DNA of 64,000 nucleotides from an uncultured Lachnospiraceae bacterium (GTDB taxonomy: Bacteria > Bacillota > Clostridia > Lachnospirales > Lachnospiraceae): NCBI GenBank assembly GCA_947630875.1, contig CANRJG010000003.1:6024-70023 (forward strand), given 5' to 3'. Position numbers and translations under genes: made by a program. Below the pieces are notes generated by a model. It made no database searches and was not told where the DNA came from. It worked only from the letters and a program-made list of their open reading frames with translations. This document shows positions 17,755-26,727 of the stretch, piece by piece. Within the stretch, counting starts at the first letter, position 1, and each line of letters begins with the position of its first letter.

Positions 17755-18936
17755 ATGCGTCTGAAAAAAACAATTTACAGACTGCTGGCGGCGTTTCTGG
17801 CTTTTGCCTTTGGGTTGGGAACGGGCCGCAGCCTTGTATTCGCGGAAGGCATGGAAGATACGATTACTTCGAAAGCGGCGGTGCTGATGGAGGCGGAAAC
17901 AGGAACAGTGATTCTGGAAAAGAACGCGGATGAGGTGCTGCGCCCGGCCAGCATCACCAAAATCATGACGCTGCTTCTGATTTTTGACGCGCTGAAAGCG
18001 GGAAAAATTCAGCTGGATCAGGAAGTGACCACCAGCGAATATGCGGCAAGCATGGGCGGATCCCAGGTGTTTCTGGAACCGGGAGAAGTACAGACGGTAG
18101 AGACCCTGATCAAATGCATTGCAGTGGCGTCGGCCAACGACGCCTGTGTCGCCATGGCGGAATGCATCTACGGCAGCGAAACGGAATTTGTGGCGCAGAT
18201 GAACCAACGGGCCAAAGGGTTGGGCATGAACAATACGCATTTTGTCAACTGTAATGGCCTGGATACCGAGGAACACTATTCTTCGGCCCGGGATGTGGCG
18301 CTGATGTCCAGAGAGCTGATCACCCATTATCCGGAAATATTCAATTATTCTTCTATCTGGATGGAAAATATTACCCATAAAACCGCAAAGGGAGAATCTA
18401 CCTTCGGACTGGCCAATACAAATAAGCTGATCCGGCAGTATGCGTATGCCACAGGATTGAAAACCGGCTCCACTTCCCTTGCGAAATACTGTGTATCCGC
18501 CACGGCGGAAAAAGACGGGGTCCAGCTGATTGCGGTCATTATGGCGGCGCCGGATTATAAAGCACGGTTTTCGGAGGCGTCAGCGCTGCTGGATTACGGA
18601 TTTTCGGTCTGCCGTATGTATCACGATACCGATCCGGAAACCCCTGCGCCGGTGCAGGTGGAAAAAGGGGTAGCGGAGGAATGTCCTGTGGCTTTGGCCA
18701 ACGAATTTACCTATCTGGATATGGAGGGACTGGATTTTTCGAAGATTGAAAAACAGCTTGTGATGAACGAGACCCATAAGGCGCCCATCGAAGCCGGCAC
18801 GATCGCCGGAAACCTGATTTACAGCGTGGATGGAAAGGAGATCGGCAGGGTGCCTGTGCTTTACGGAGACTCGGTCCGGAAGGCTACCTTACTGGACTGC
18901 ATCAGGAAATCCTTTGTAAGTGGCTTTTCGATATAA
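17755..18936 (+). CDS. D-alanyl-D-alanine carboxypeptidase (S11, PBP5/DacB-like)
   Basis: Signal peptide. SITK active-site motif (PASITKIMT), SANDA, and KTGST for the KTG box. Confidence 0.8.
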   Translation: MRLKKTIYRLLAAFLAFAFGLGTGRSLVFAEGMEDTITSKAAVLMEAETGTVILEKNADEVLRPASITKIMTLLLIFDALKAGKIQLDQEVTTSEYAASMGGSQVFLEPGEVQTVETLIKCIAVASANDACVAMAECIYGSETEFVAQMNQRAKGLGMNNTHFVNCNGLDTEEHYSSARDVALMSRELITHYPEIFNYSSIWMENITHKTAKGESTFGLANTNKLIRQYAYATGLKTGSTSLAKYCVSATAEKDGVQLIAVIMAAPDYKARFSEASALLDYGFSVCRMYHDTDPETPAPVQVEKGVAEECPVALANEFTYLDMEGLDFSKIEKQLVMNETHKAPIEAGTIAGNLIYSVDGKEIGRVPVLYGDSVRKATLLDCIRKSFVSGFSI

Positions 18937-19021
18937 AGCTTGTTTGCGCGAATTTCCTGTGTTATACTGGCAGCGGTGTGCGAAAAAGCAGCCGGATTTT
19001 TGCATCCGGAGGGTGGCGGAC

Positions 19022-19882
19022 GTGATAACGGCAATTCAGATTGCGGCGGCACTGGCTGTGTTTTTTCTGGGAATGTCCTTTTATGAAATCCGGCATTTTC
19101 GTGTGAAAAAATACCGCCTGTCTACGGAAAAACAAAATGGGGAACCGGTAAAACTCCTGTTTCTGTCGGATCTGCACAATTGTGCTTACGGCAAAGAGAA
19201 TGGGGCGCTGCTGGTTGCGGCGGAGATGGAAGCGCCGGATCTGGTGCTGATCGGCGGCGATATGTTTACGGCGAAAGACGCTGTTCGCGCCGGCAGAACA
19301 GAAGCGTTTCTGCGGGCCCTTTCCGAAAAGTATCCCTGCTTTTATGCGCTGGGCAATCACGAACAGCGAAGCGCGGCCGACCCGGAACACGGGGCTGAAT
19401 GGTATGCCCGCTTTCAGACTTTTCTGCAGGATTGCGGGATTGTGCTGCTGGACAATGCAAGTTGCAGCGTGAATATCAAAGGAAACCGGATCGATCTGTA
19501 CGGACTGACGCTGGAAAAAGCGTATTATCAGGCAGTGCACGCGCCGAAACTGAAAGCCGAAGATATTGCGGAGAAAATCGGCAGGGCAAAACCGGAAGGC
19601 TACGCGATTCTGCTGGCGCATCATCCCGCCTTTGCAAAAGCTTATGCCGCCTGGGGCGCGGACTTGGTTTTGTCGGGACATTATCACGGCGGAACAGTGC
19701 GGCTTGGCAGGCAGGGTGTGATTTCCACTTCCTTCCGGCTGTTTCCCCGCTGGTCTTACGGCCGTTTCCGGGAGAACAACACGGATCTGATCGTATCCGG
19801 AGGACTGGGACAGCATACGATTCCCTTACGTCTTTGGAATCCGCCGGAACTGCTGGTGATTGAGATAAATACAAACGAGTAA
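19022..19882 (+). CDS. membrane-anchored metallophosphoesterase (YkuE-like)
   Basis: LSDLH, GGDMF, GNHE and SGHYHGG motifs. Start placed at the GTG 8 nt after GGAGGG. The ORF-track start at 18920 overlaps dacB and lacks an RBS. Confidence 0.7.
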   Translation: MITAIQIAAALAVFFLGMSFYEIRHFRVKKYRLSTEKQNGEPVKLLFLSDLHNCAYGKENGALLVAAEMEAPDLVLIGGDMFTAKDAVRAGRTEAFLRALSEKYPCFYALGNHEQRSAADPEHGAEWYARFQTFLQDCGIVLLDNASCSVNIKGNRIDLYGLTLEKAYYQAVHAPKLKAEDIAEKIGRAKPEGYAILLAHHPAFAKAYAAWGADLVLSGHYHGGTVRLGRQGVISTSFRLFPRWSYGRFRENNTDLIVSGGLGQHTIPLRLWNPPELLVIEINTNE

Positions 19883-19892
19883 AGGGCAGAAC

Positions 19893-20645
19893 ATGAGTAT
19901 TGACATAAAACTGGAAGCGTTTGAAGGACCGCTGGATCTGCTGCTGCATCTGATCGAGAAAAACAAAGTGGATATTTATGATATTCCCATTGCGGAAATC
20001 GCGGATCAGTATATGGCCTATATTCAGAAAATGCAGGAACAGGATCTGGACATTGTCAGCGAGTTCCTGGTGATGGCCGCCACGCTGCTTGCTATCAAGG
20101 CGAAGCTGCTGCTTCCGCCGGAGGTGGATGAGGAAGGCGAGGAAATCGATCCGAGAGAAGATCTGGTCAGACAGCTGCTGGAATATAAAATGTATAAATA
20201 TATGTCGAATGAGCTGCGGGAGAAGCAGGTATACGCCGGCAAGTCCATGTACCACAGTCCTTCTCTGCCGGAGGAAGTCAGCGCCTACAAAGAACCCATC
20301 GACTATGACAGCCTCTTTGCCGGGGTGGATATGAAACTGCTGGGCAGAATCTTTGAGGAAACCATGAAGCGGCTGGCGTTCCGGGAGGATGTGAAACATG
20401 CGGGATTCGGAACCATCGAGCTGGAGCAGGTCAGCGTAGAGGAAAAGATGAATTATATTTCGGATTATGCAAGAAAAAACCGGTCCTTTTCTTTCCGGCA
20501 TGTGCTGCAGAAATCCAAAAGCAAAACGGAAGTGATCGTGACCTTTTTATCGATTCTGGAACTGATGAAGACCGGAGAGATCCATGTAAGGCAGGACCAC
20601 ATCTTTGATGATATTATGATTACTTCAGAAATAGCGGAGGTTTGA
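19893..20645 (+). CDS. scpA: segregation and condensation protein A
   Basis: FEGPLDLLLHLI.K.K.DIYDIPI..I..QY motif. Confidence 0.9.
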   Translation: MSIDIKLEAFEGPLDLLLHLIEKNKVDIYDIPIAEIADQYMAYIQKMQEQDLDIVSEFLVMAATLLAIKAKLLLPPEVDEEGEEIDPREDLVRQLLEYKMYKYMSNELREKQVYAGKSMYHSPSLPEEVSAYKEPIDYDSLFAGVDMKLLGRIFEETMKRLAFREDVKHAGFGTIELEQVSVEEKMNYISDYARKNRSFSFRHVLQKSKSKTEVIVTFLSILELMKTGEIHVRQDHIFDDIMITSEIAEV

Positions 20646-20648
20646 TGC

Positions 20649-21215
20649 ATGTACACAAAGGAAGAAGCGGTAATTGAGGCAGTTTTATTTACCATGGGCG
20701 ATTCGGTGGAAGCATCGAAGCTGGCCGCGGCTCTGGACTGTCCGGAAATCCAGGTGATCCAGACCGTGCGGGGGCTGCAGCAGAAATATGAAGAAGAGGG
20801 CAGAGGCCTGAAAATCATTGAACTGGACGGTGCGTTTCAGATGTGTACCGGAGCGGAAATGTACGAATCGATTATCCGGGTGGCAAAGCAGCCGAAAAAG
20901 CAGGTGCTGACCGAAGTGGTGCTGGAGACGCTGTCGATCATTGCCTACAGACAGCCGGTAACCCGGCTGGACATCGAGCGGATCCGCGGCGTGAAAAGCG
21001 ACCACGCGGTGAATAAGCTGATCGAGTTCAATCTTGTGGAGGAAAAGGGCAGACTGGAGGCCCCCGGCCGTCCGGTATTGTTTGGAACTACAGAGGAATT
21101 TTTAAGATGCTTCGGACTTTCATCGCTGAGCGAGCTGCCGGAGCTGTCTATGGAAGCCAGAGAGGAAATGCAGAAAGAGGCGGAAGAGGAAGTCAATATG
21201 AAAATCAAAGCGTAG
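20649..21215 (+). CDS. scpB: segregation and condensation protein B
   Basis: LE.LSIIAY.QP.TR..IE.IRGV and GRP.L.GTT..FL..FGL motifs. Confidence 0.9.
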   Translation: MYTKEEAVIEAVLFTMGDSVEASKLAAALDCPEIQVIQTVRGLQQKYEEEGRGLKIIELDGAFQMCTGAEMYESIIRVAKQPKKQVLTEVVLETLSIIAYRQPVTRLDIERIRGVKSDHAVNKLIEFNLVEEKGRLEAPGRPVLFGTTEEFLRCFGLSSLSELPELSMEAREEMQKEAEEEVNMKIKA

Positions 21216-21227
21216 AATGGAGTCTGT

Positions 21228-22457
21228 ATGATCAATGGTTTAAAATATCTGAGAAAAAGATGCCGGCTGTATCTTGCATTCAGCATCTTTTTTTGCGCCC
21301 TTTTTCCGGGAACTGCCGCCGCACAGACCGCGCCGGAGGGCAGTGCGCTGTACGCGAAAGCAGCGGTTTTAATGGATGGAAAGACCGGACGGATTTTATA
21401 TGAGAAAAACGCCCATGAAAAACTGCCCATGGCAAGTACCACAAAGATCATGACCTGTATCGTCGCACTGGAAAACGCAGATCCGGACAGCGTCGTCACT
21501 GCGTCTGCTTATGCCGCGTCCATGCCGAAGGTGCATCTGGGCATGCGGGAGGGGGAGCAGTTTTATCTGAAAGATCTGTTGTATTCCCTGATGCTGGAGT
21601 CCCACAATGATACGGCGGTGGCGGTGGCGGAAGGCGCCGGCGGCGATCTGGAATCGTTTCTGGGGCTGATGAATCAAAAAGCGCAGGAACTGGGCTGTGA
21701 AAATACCTGCTTTCTGACGCCCAACGGACTGGACAGGGAAGAAACGGACGAAGCAGGCAATGTCCGTTCCCACGGCACAACCGCGGCGGATCTGGCACGG
21801 ATCATGTGTTACTGCATTAATGAATCGCCAAAGAAGGAGGAATTTTTAAAGATCACCCGGACGCCGGCCTATACCTTCAGCGATCTGTCGGGAAAATACA
21901 GTTATTCCTGTCAGAATCAGAATGCGCTTTTGACCATGCGGGACGATGCCCTGACCGGAAAAACCGGATTTACCAATGCCGCGGGGTACTGCTATGTGGG
22001 CGCGGTGCGCCGTGACGACAGAGATCTTGTGGTGGCGCTTTTGGCCTGCGGATGGCCGAATCACCGGGATCAGAAATGGAAGGACACGAAACTGCTGATG
22101 CAGTACGGACTGGACAGTTATCAGACAAAGCCGCTGCCGCAGCCGAAGGCGCAGCTGCAGTTTGCGGTGACGGACGGCGTTTATGACGCCGGGAAAGAAG
22201 CAGGCGCTGTTGTTTCTGCGAAGACGGAAATTCCATACCAGACGGCGCTGCTGTCAGAAACGGATACTGTGCGGTATGCTTATGAAACGGAGACGGGAAT
22301 TACAGCGCCGGTACAGAAAGGCGCGGTGCTGGGATGTGTGAAATGCTATATCAACGACACCCTGTTTTATGAGGGAAGCATCCGGGCGGAATGCCCGGTT
22401 GCGAAAAAAAGCCTGGGCTGGGCGCTGCGGGAAGTGCTTTCTGTGGTTTCAGACTGA
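21228..22457 (+). CDS. D-alanyl-D-alanine carboxypeptidase (S11), second paralog
   Basis: Signal peptide. ASTTKIMT (SxxK), SHND and KTGFT motifs. Confidence 0.8.
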   Translation: MINGLKYLRKRCRLYLAFSIFFCALFPGTAAAQTAPEGSALYAKAAVLMDGKTGRILYEKNAHEKLPMASTTKIMTCIVALENADPDSVVTASAYAASMPKVHLGMREGEQFYLKDLLYSLMLESHNDTAVAVAEGAGGDLESFLGLMNQKAQELGCENTCFLTPNGLDREETDEAGNVRSHGTTAADLARIMCYCINESPKKEEFLKITRTPAYTFSDLSGKYSYSCQNQNALLTMRDDALTGKTGFTNAAGYCYVGAVRRDDRDLVVALLACGWPNHRDQKWKDTKLLMQYGLDSYQTKPLPQPKAQLQFAVTDGVYDAGKEAGAVVSAKTEIPYQTALLSETDTVRYAYETETGITAPVQKGAVLGCVKCYINDTLFYEGSIRAECPVAKKSLGWALREVLSVVSD

Positions 22458-22512
22458 AAATCCGCCGTATTTCGGAGATATTTAATAAATTTTACGAAAT
22501 AATTAAAATGAC

Positions 22513-22540
22513 TTGCAATTTTTGGGGGAAGCTTTATAAT
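22513..22540 (+). promoter_or_regulatory. putative sigma-A promoter of the decarboxylase operon
   Basis: TTGCAA (22513-22518), 16-nt spacer, TATAAT (22535-22540), in an AT-rich spacer. Confidence 0.45.
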
Positions 22541-22594
22541 AAAATCGGCGAAAATTGGAACTTTAAGTTTCTATAATATAATGGAGGAAAAAAC

Positions 22595-24016
22595 ATGAGT
22601 AACGCGAAGAACATTGCGAAACAGAGAATCGAATCTTTGTTGGATGCAAACAGCTTTGTTGAAATCGGCAGCGCGGTTACGGCCAGAAGCACCGATTTTA
22701 ATCCCGGCAAAGCGGACGCAGCCGGCGATGGAGTAGTTACAGGCTACGGACTGATTGAAGGCAAACTGGTGTATGTTTACAGTCAGGATCCGGAGAGTTT
22801 AAACGGTTCCATCGGCGAGATGCATGCAAAGAAAATCATCCGAATCTATCAGGACGCCGTCAAGACGGGATCCCCTGTCATCGGATGTATTGACTGCTCA
22901 GGCGTTCGTCTGCAGGAGGCCGGCGATGCGCTGCACGGTTTCGGAGAACTGTATGCGGCAAAAGCGAAGGCAGCCGGCGTGATCCTTTCCGTGGATCTGG
23001 TATTTGGAAACTGCGGCGGCGGTATGGCGGTTGCGTCATCATTAAGTGACTTTACGTTTATGTCGAAGGACGCGAAGTTTTATGTCACCAGCCCGGACGC
23101 TATCGATCAGAACCGTTCCGAAAAATGCGATACGTCAGATGCAGATTATGTAAACTGCCATTCGGACGCCGTGGATATGATCGGTTCGGAAGAGGAAATC
23201 ATTACCGAAGCCAGAAGACTGGTGGCGATCCTGCCCGGAAACAACGAGGAAGAAGCCGTGGATGTCTGCACGGACGATATCAACCGTGACTGCGACGGCA
23301 TAGAGCGTTTTGGCAAAGATAAACTTTCCATGATCCGCAGCCTGGCAGACGACGCATTATTTGTGGAAGTCAAGGCAAATTACGGGAAATCCATGATTAC
23401 CGGATTTATGCGGATGAACGGCGCCTGCGTGGGCGTTGTGGCCAATGCATACGGCAAACATGACAAGGCGCTGCTGTGCCCTGTATGCGCCAACAAAGCG
23501 GCACGCTTTATCCGTTTCTGCGACGCATATTCCATTCCGGTGCTGACCTTAGCTGAAATCAACGGTTTTGCAAGTTCCAAAGAAGCGGAAAGCAAGATGG
23601 CAAAAGCGGCGGCCAATCTGGTGGCAGCCTATGCGGAGAGCACAGTGCCGAAAGTAACCTGCGTGGTCGGCAACGTATACGGTTCGGCGGCAGTGATTAT
23701 GAACTCCGGCGCCATCGGCGCGGATTTCGTTTACGCATGGCCGGGACTGGATATGGGCATGATGGATGCAAAGTCCGCCGTAAAGATTATTTACGCGGAT
23801 GAAATCGAGGCATCCAAAGACAAGGTGAAACTGATTAATGAAAAGACAGCCGAATACAAGGCGGCGATGTGCAGCGTGGAAGGCGCGGCAAAGAGAGGTT
23901 ATGTCGATACGGTGATTGCGCCTGCGGAAACCAGAAAATATGTGATCGCGGCATTGGAGATGCTTTATACCAAACGGGCGGAGCCTTCGTTCAAAAAGCA
24001 CTCCGTCATCGGTTAA
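22595..24016 (+). CDS. acyl-CoA carboxyltransferase (12S type; methylmalonyl-/glutaconyl-CoA decarboxylase alpha-like)
   Basis: GDGVVTGYG.I.G..VYV.SQD, GS.GEMHAKKI, KAARF.RFCDA..IP and AWP...MG.M motifs of the carboxyl_trans family. At 473 aa it is shorter than typical family members. Confidence 0.75.
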   Translation: MSNAKNIAKQRIESLLDANSFVEIGSAVTARSTDFNPGKADAAGDGVVTGYGLIEGKLVYVYSQDPESLNGSIGEMHAKKIIRIYQDAVKTGSPVIGCIDCSGVRLQEAGDALHGFGELYAAKAKAAGVILSVDLVFGNCGGGMAVASSLSDFTFMSKDAKFYVTSPDAIDQNRSEKCDTSDADYVNCHSDAVDMIGSEEEIITEARRLVAILPGNNEEEAVDVCTDDINRDCDGIERFGKDKLSMIRSLADDALFVEVKANYGKSMITGFMRMNGACVGVVANAYGKHDKALLCPVCANKAARFIRFCDAYSIPVLTLAEINGFASSKEAESKMAKAAANLVAAYAESTVPKVTCVVGNVYGSAAVIMNSGAIGADFVYAWPGLDMGMMDAKSAVKIIYADEIEASKDKVKLINEKTAEYKAAMCSVEGAAKRGYVDTVIAPAETRKYVIAALEMLYTKRAEPSFKKHSVIG

Positions 24017-24050
24017 GCAGTTATAAATCAATGGATGAAGAGGTAAGAAT

Positions 24051-24893
24051 ATGAAAAAACTTCTAACGACATGCTGCCTTTCGCTGCTGATGATTTTTGT
24101 GCTGAGCATGTCCGTATTTGCGGAGGATCTGCAGGAAATTGACAGTTACAGCGAGTACGGCGTTGACGCGTTTCTGGATACTGCCCAGGGTTATTTCCAG
24201 CAGATGATTACAGCGGAAGACGAGGTCTATGCCCAGTATCTGGAACAGTATGCGGACAACGCAGAGGTGTATCAGGGCTTTGAGGCAGTGGATCAGCTCA
24301 GACAGCTGGATGAGGAATTTGTTGACTTCGGCGCCTATAATCTGTATCAGACGGAAGAAGAGGAACCAAGATTCTATCAGATCCTGCATTTCGATAAAAA
24401 TGATTATGTATTTATCATCGGTTTTGATTCAGGTCTGTCATGGAATTACTGCAATGTGCAGAAAGTGACCTATAAGTCCGATCAGGACGACAATGCGCCG
24501 CTGGATCTTTCCAACTGCAAACTGAAAGATGTGGGCAACAGCGGAGGCTTTACCTTTACATTTGACGGCGAAACATTAAAGGGCGCCCTCAGAAACGCCA
24601 TCACCGGTATTCTGGTGGTATTCTGTATGCTGGTGTTCATTTCCCTGATTATCTCGCTGTTTAAATACCTTCCTTCCCCGGAAAAGCGGGAAATGGAGAA
24701 AAAGGCCGCCCAGGCGGCAGCAGCCGCGCCGGTCAGCCCGGTAAAAGAAGCGCCGGCACCGGTACAGAAAACAGAGGACGTCAGCGACGATACGCAGCTT
24801 GCGGCAGTGATCGCAGCGGCCATAGCGGCGTATGAAGGCAAGAGTGTCGATTCCTTTATCGTAAGAACAATCAACAAACGGACATGGAAATAA
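24051..24893 (+). CDS. OadG-like decarboxylase gamma/delta subunit with a long N-terminal extracytoplasmic extension
   Basis: The C-terminal part has a TM (ITGILVVFCMLVFISLIISLF), an Ala/Pro linker and the AAVIAAAIAAYEG tail typical of OadG/MmdD. The N-terminal ~190 aa has a signal-like segment plus an acidic domain of unknown type. Confidence 0.6.
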   Translation: MKKLLTTCCLSLLMIFVLSMSVFAEDLQEIDSYSEYGVDAFLDTAQGYFQQMITAEDEVYAQYLEQYADNAEVYQGFEAVDQLRQLDEEFVDFGAYNLYQTEEEEPRFYQILHFDKNDYVFIIGFDSGLSWNYCNVQKVTYKSDQDDNAPLDLSNCKLKDVGNSGGFTFTFDGETLKGALRNAITGILVVFCMLVFISLIISLFKYLPSPEKREMEKKAAQAAAAAPVSPVKEAPAPVQKTEDVSDDTQLAAVIAAAIAAYEGKSVDSFIVRTINKRTWK

Positions 24894-24906
24894 CAGGAGG
24901 ATTAAG

Positions 24907-25293
24907 ATGAAAAATTATGCAATTACAGTAAACGGCGTTGTTTATGATGTTACAGTAGAAGAAAAAGGTGCTGGAGCTTCCGCTCCGGCCGCTCCCGCAC
25001 CGAAGGCACCGGCTGCACCTGCTCCCAAGGCGCCGGCAGCTCCTGCACCCGCACCGGCTGCACCCGCAGGCGCTGCAGGAAGCGTAAATGTGGAAAGCCA
25101 GATTCAGGGCAAGGTTCTGCGGATCGAAGCACCGGCAGGTACGGCGGTGAAATCCGGCGACAACATCATTATCATTGAATCCATGAAGATGGAAATCCCG
25201 ATTGTTGCGCCGCAGGACGGTACGATTGCCAGCGTCAATGTCAAAGAAGGAGATATGATCGATTCCGGCACACTGATTGCTACGATGGATTAA
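24907..25293 (+). CDS. biotin carboxyl carrier protein (biotinyl domain, 1.3S/MmdC-like)
   Basis: Ala/Pro-rich linker. Biotinylation motif IESMKMEIPI. Confidence 0.85.
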   Translation: MKNYAITVNGVVYDVTVEEKGAGASAPAAPAPKAPAAPAPKAPAAPAPAPAAPAGAAGSVNVESQIQGKVLRIEAPAGTAVKSGDNIIIIESMKMEIPIVAPQDGTIASVNVKEGDMIDSGTLIATMD

Positions 25294-25321
25294 TACATTT
25301 TGTAAACTTGGAGGTTCACAC

Positions 25322-26470
25322 ATGTCAAATATACTGGAGACATTAAATAATCTGGTACATCAGACGGCATTTTTCAATCTGACGGTCGGAAACTACATCA
25401 TGATCCTGGTTGCCTGCATCTTTCTTTATCTGGCAATCAAAAAGGAATATGAGCCTTTGCTTCTGGTTCCGATCGCTTTCGGTATGCTGCTGGTAAATAT
25501 TTATCCGGATATTATGCTCAGAATCGAAGATTCATCCAACGGGGTAGGCGGTCTGCTGCATTACTTCTATCTGATGGATGAATGGTCGATTCTGCCTTCC
25601 CTGATCTTCCTCGGCGTCGGCGCGATGACGGATTTCGGACCTTTGATCGCCAATCCCATCAGCTTTGTCATGGGCGCGGCAGCACAGCTGGGTATTTATG
25701 TTGCATATTTCCTTGCGATTATTCTCGGCTTTTCGGACAAATCCGCAGCGGCCATTTCCATTATCGGCGGCGCGGATGGCCCCACATCCATCTTCCTGGC
25801 CGGTAAGCTGGGACAGACAGCCATCATGGGACCCATCGCAGTTGCGGCGTATTCCTATATGTCGCTGGTACCCATCATTCAGCCGCCCATCATGAAGCTG
25901 CTGACCACCGACAAGGAAAAGAAGATCCATATGGGACAGCTTCGCCCCGTATCCAAACTGGAAAAAATTCTCTTCCCTATCATCGTAACGATTGTGGTCT
26001 GCGTACTGCTTCCTACGACGGCGCCCCTGGTTGGTATGCTGATGCTGGGAAATCTGTTCAAAGAGTGCGGCGTGGTTCGTCAGTTGACGGAAACCGCTTC
26101 CAACGCGCTGATGTATATCGTCGTTATCATGCTGGGTACTTCCGTAGGCGCTACCACAAGCGCGGAAGCCTTCCTGAACTGGAGCACCATCAAGATCGTT
26201 ATTCTGGGACTGTTTGCCTTTGCCTTTGGAACGGCAGGCGGCGTTTTGCTCGGCAAGCTGCTGTGTAAGGTCACACACGGCAAGATCAATCCGCTGATCG
26301 GTTCGGCAGGCGTTTCGGCCGTGCCGATGGCAGCCCGTGTATCTCAGAAAGTGGGCGCGGAATACGATCCTTCCAACTTCCTGCTCATGCATGCAATGGG
26401 ACCGAATGTGGCCGGCGTCATCGGAACAGCGGTAGCCGCCGGAACATTTATGGCTATATTCGGCATCTGA
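25322..26470 (+). CDS. sodium ion-translocating decarboxylase beta subunit (OadB/MmdB/GcdB family)
   Basis: 382-aa polytopic protein. GGADGPTSIF and AMGPNVAGVIG... motifs. GGAGG RBS 7 nt before the ATG. Confidence 0.85.
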   Translation: MSNILETLNNLVHQTAFFNLTVGNYIMILVACIFLYLAIKKEYEPLLLVPIAFGMLLVNIYPDIMLRIEDSSNGVGGLLHYFYLMDEWSILPSLIFLGVGAMTDFGPLIANPISFVMGAAAQLGIYVAYFLAIILGFSDKSAAAISIIGGADGPTSIFLAGKLGQTAIMGPIAVAAYSYMSLVPIIQPPIMKLLTTDKEKKIHMGQLRPVSKLEKILFPIIVTIVVCVLLPTTAPLVGMLMLGNLFKECGVVRQLTETASNALMYIVVIMLGTSVGATTSAEAFLNWSTIKIVILGLFAFAFGTAGGVLLGKLLCKVTHGKINPLIGSAGVSAVPMAARVSQKVGAEYDPSNFLLMHAMGPNVAGVIGTAVAAGTFMAIFGI

Positions 26471-26487
26471 TGATGCCAGGGTCGAAA

Positions 26488-26531
26488 GTCCTCATTTTTT
26501 CGATATGCTCGCATATCGAAAAAATGAGGAC
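26488..26531. other. perfect 20-bp stem / 4-nt loop hairpin
   Basis: gtcctcattttttcgatatg-ctcg-catatcgaaaaaatgaggac, checked base by base. No U-run follows on either strand. Confidence 0.9.
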
Positions 26532-26596
26532 CTTATGACCCGTCCCGACATGAGGAAGTAGTGGGGCAGGGGCCCCACGGATTCCGAATGGCGGGA

Positions 26597-26712
26597 GGAT
26601 TGTGAGAGTGCGGAGCACGGAACAATCCGTAGGAATCATCATACTATGATGCATGGATTGTGAGAGTGCGAAGCACGGAACAATCCGTAGGCATCATTTA
26701 AACTATAATGAA
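26597..26712 (+). repeat. 58-nt tandem duplication (2 units), each unit with a 7-bp hairpin ggattgt...acaatcc
   Basis: Unit A is 26597-26654 and unit B is 26655-26712. The first ~42 nt differ at 2 positions. Unit B runs into the RBS of the next gene. Confidence 0.85.
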
Positions 26713-26727
26713 CGAGGAGAGAATAAA

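Noticed and set aside
18920-19021. Longer N-terminus for the metallophosphoesterase, starting inside the dacB 3' end
   Set aside because: There is no RBS and the extension is Cys/Arg-rich and not membrane-like. A GTG with a GGAGGG RBS at 19022 begins directly at the predicted TM anchor.
24970-25081. Ala/Pro-rich repetitive DNA (APAAPAPKAPAAPAPKAPAAPAPAPAAP)
   Set aside because: This is the normal flexible linker of biotin carrier proteins, not an independent repeat element.
26597-26712. Possible CRISPR-like repeat
   Set aside because: There are only two directly abutting 58-nt units with no spacers, the units diverge in their 3' thirds, and no cas genes are present.
26653-26727. In-frame upstream ATG that would add 25 aa (MDCESAKHGTIRRHHLNYNERGENK) to the 5S-type carboxyltransferase
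   Set aside because: The extension lies inside the second unit of the 58-nt tandem repeat and has no RBS. MAKNIQAKPL at 26728 has a GAGGAGAG RBS at good spacing and aligns with the usual N-terminus of the family.
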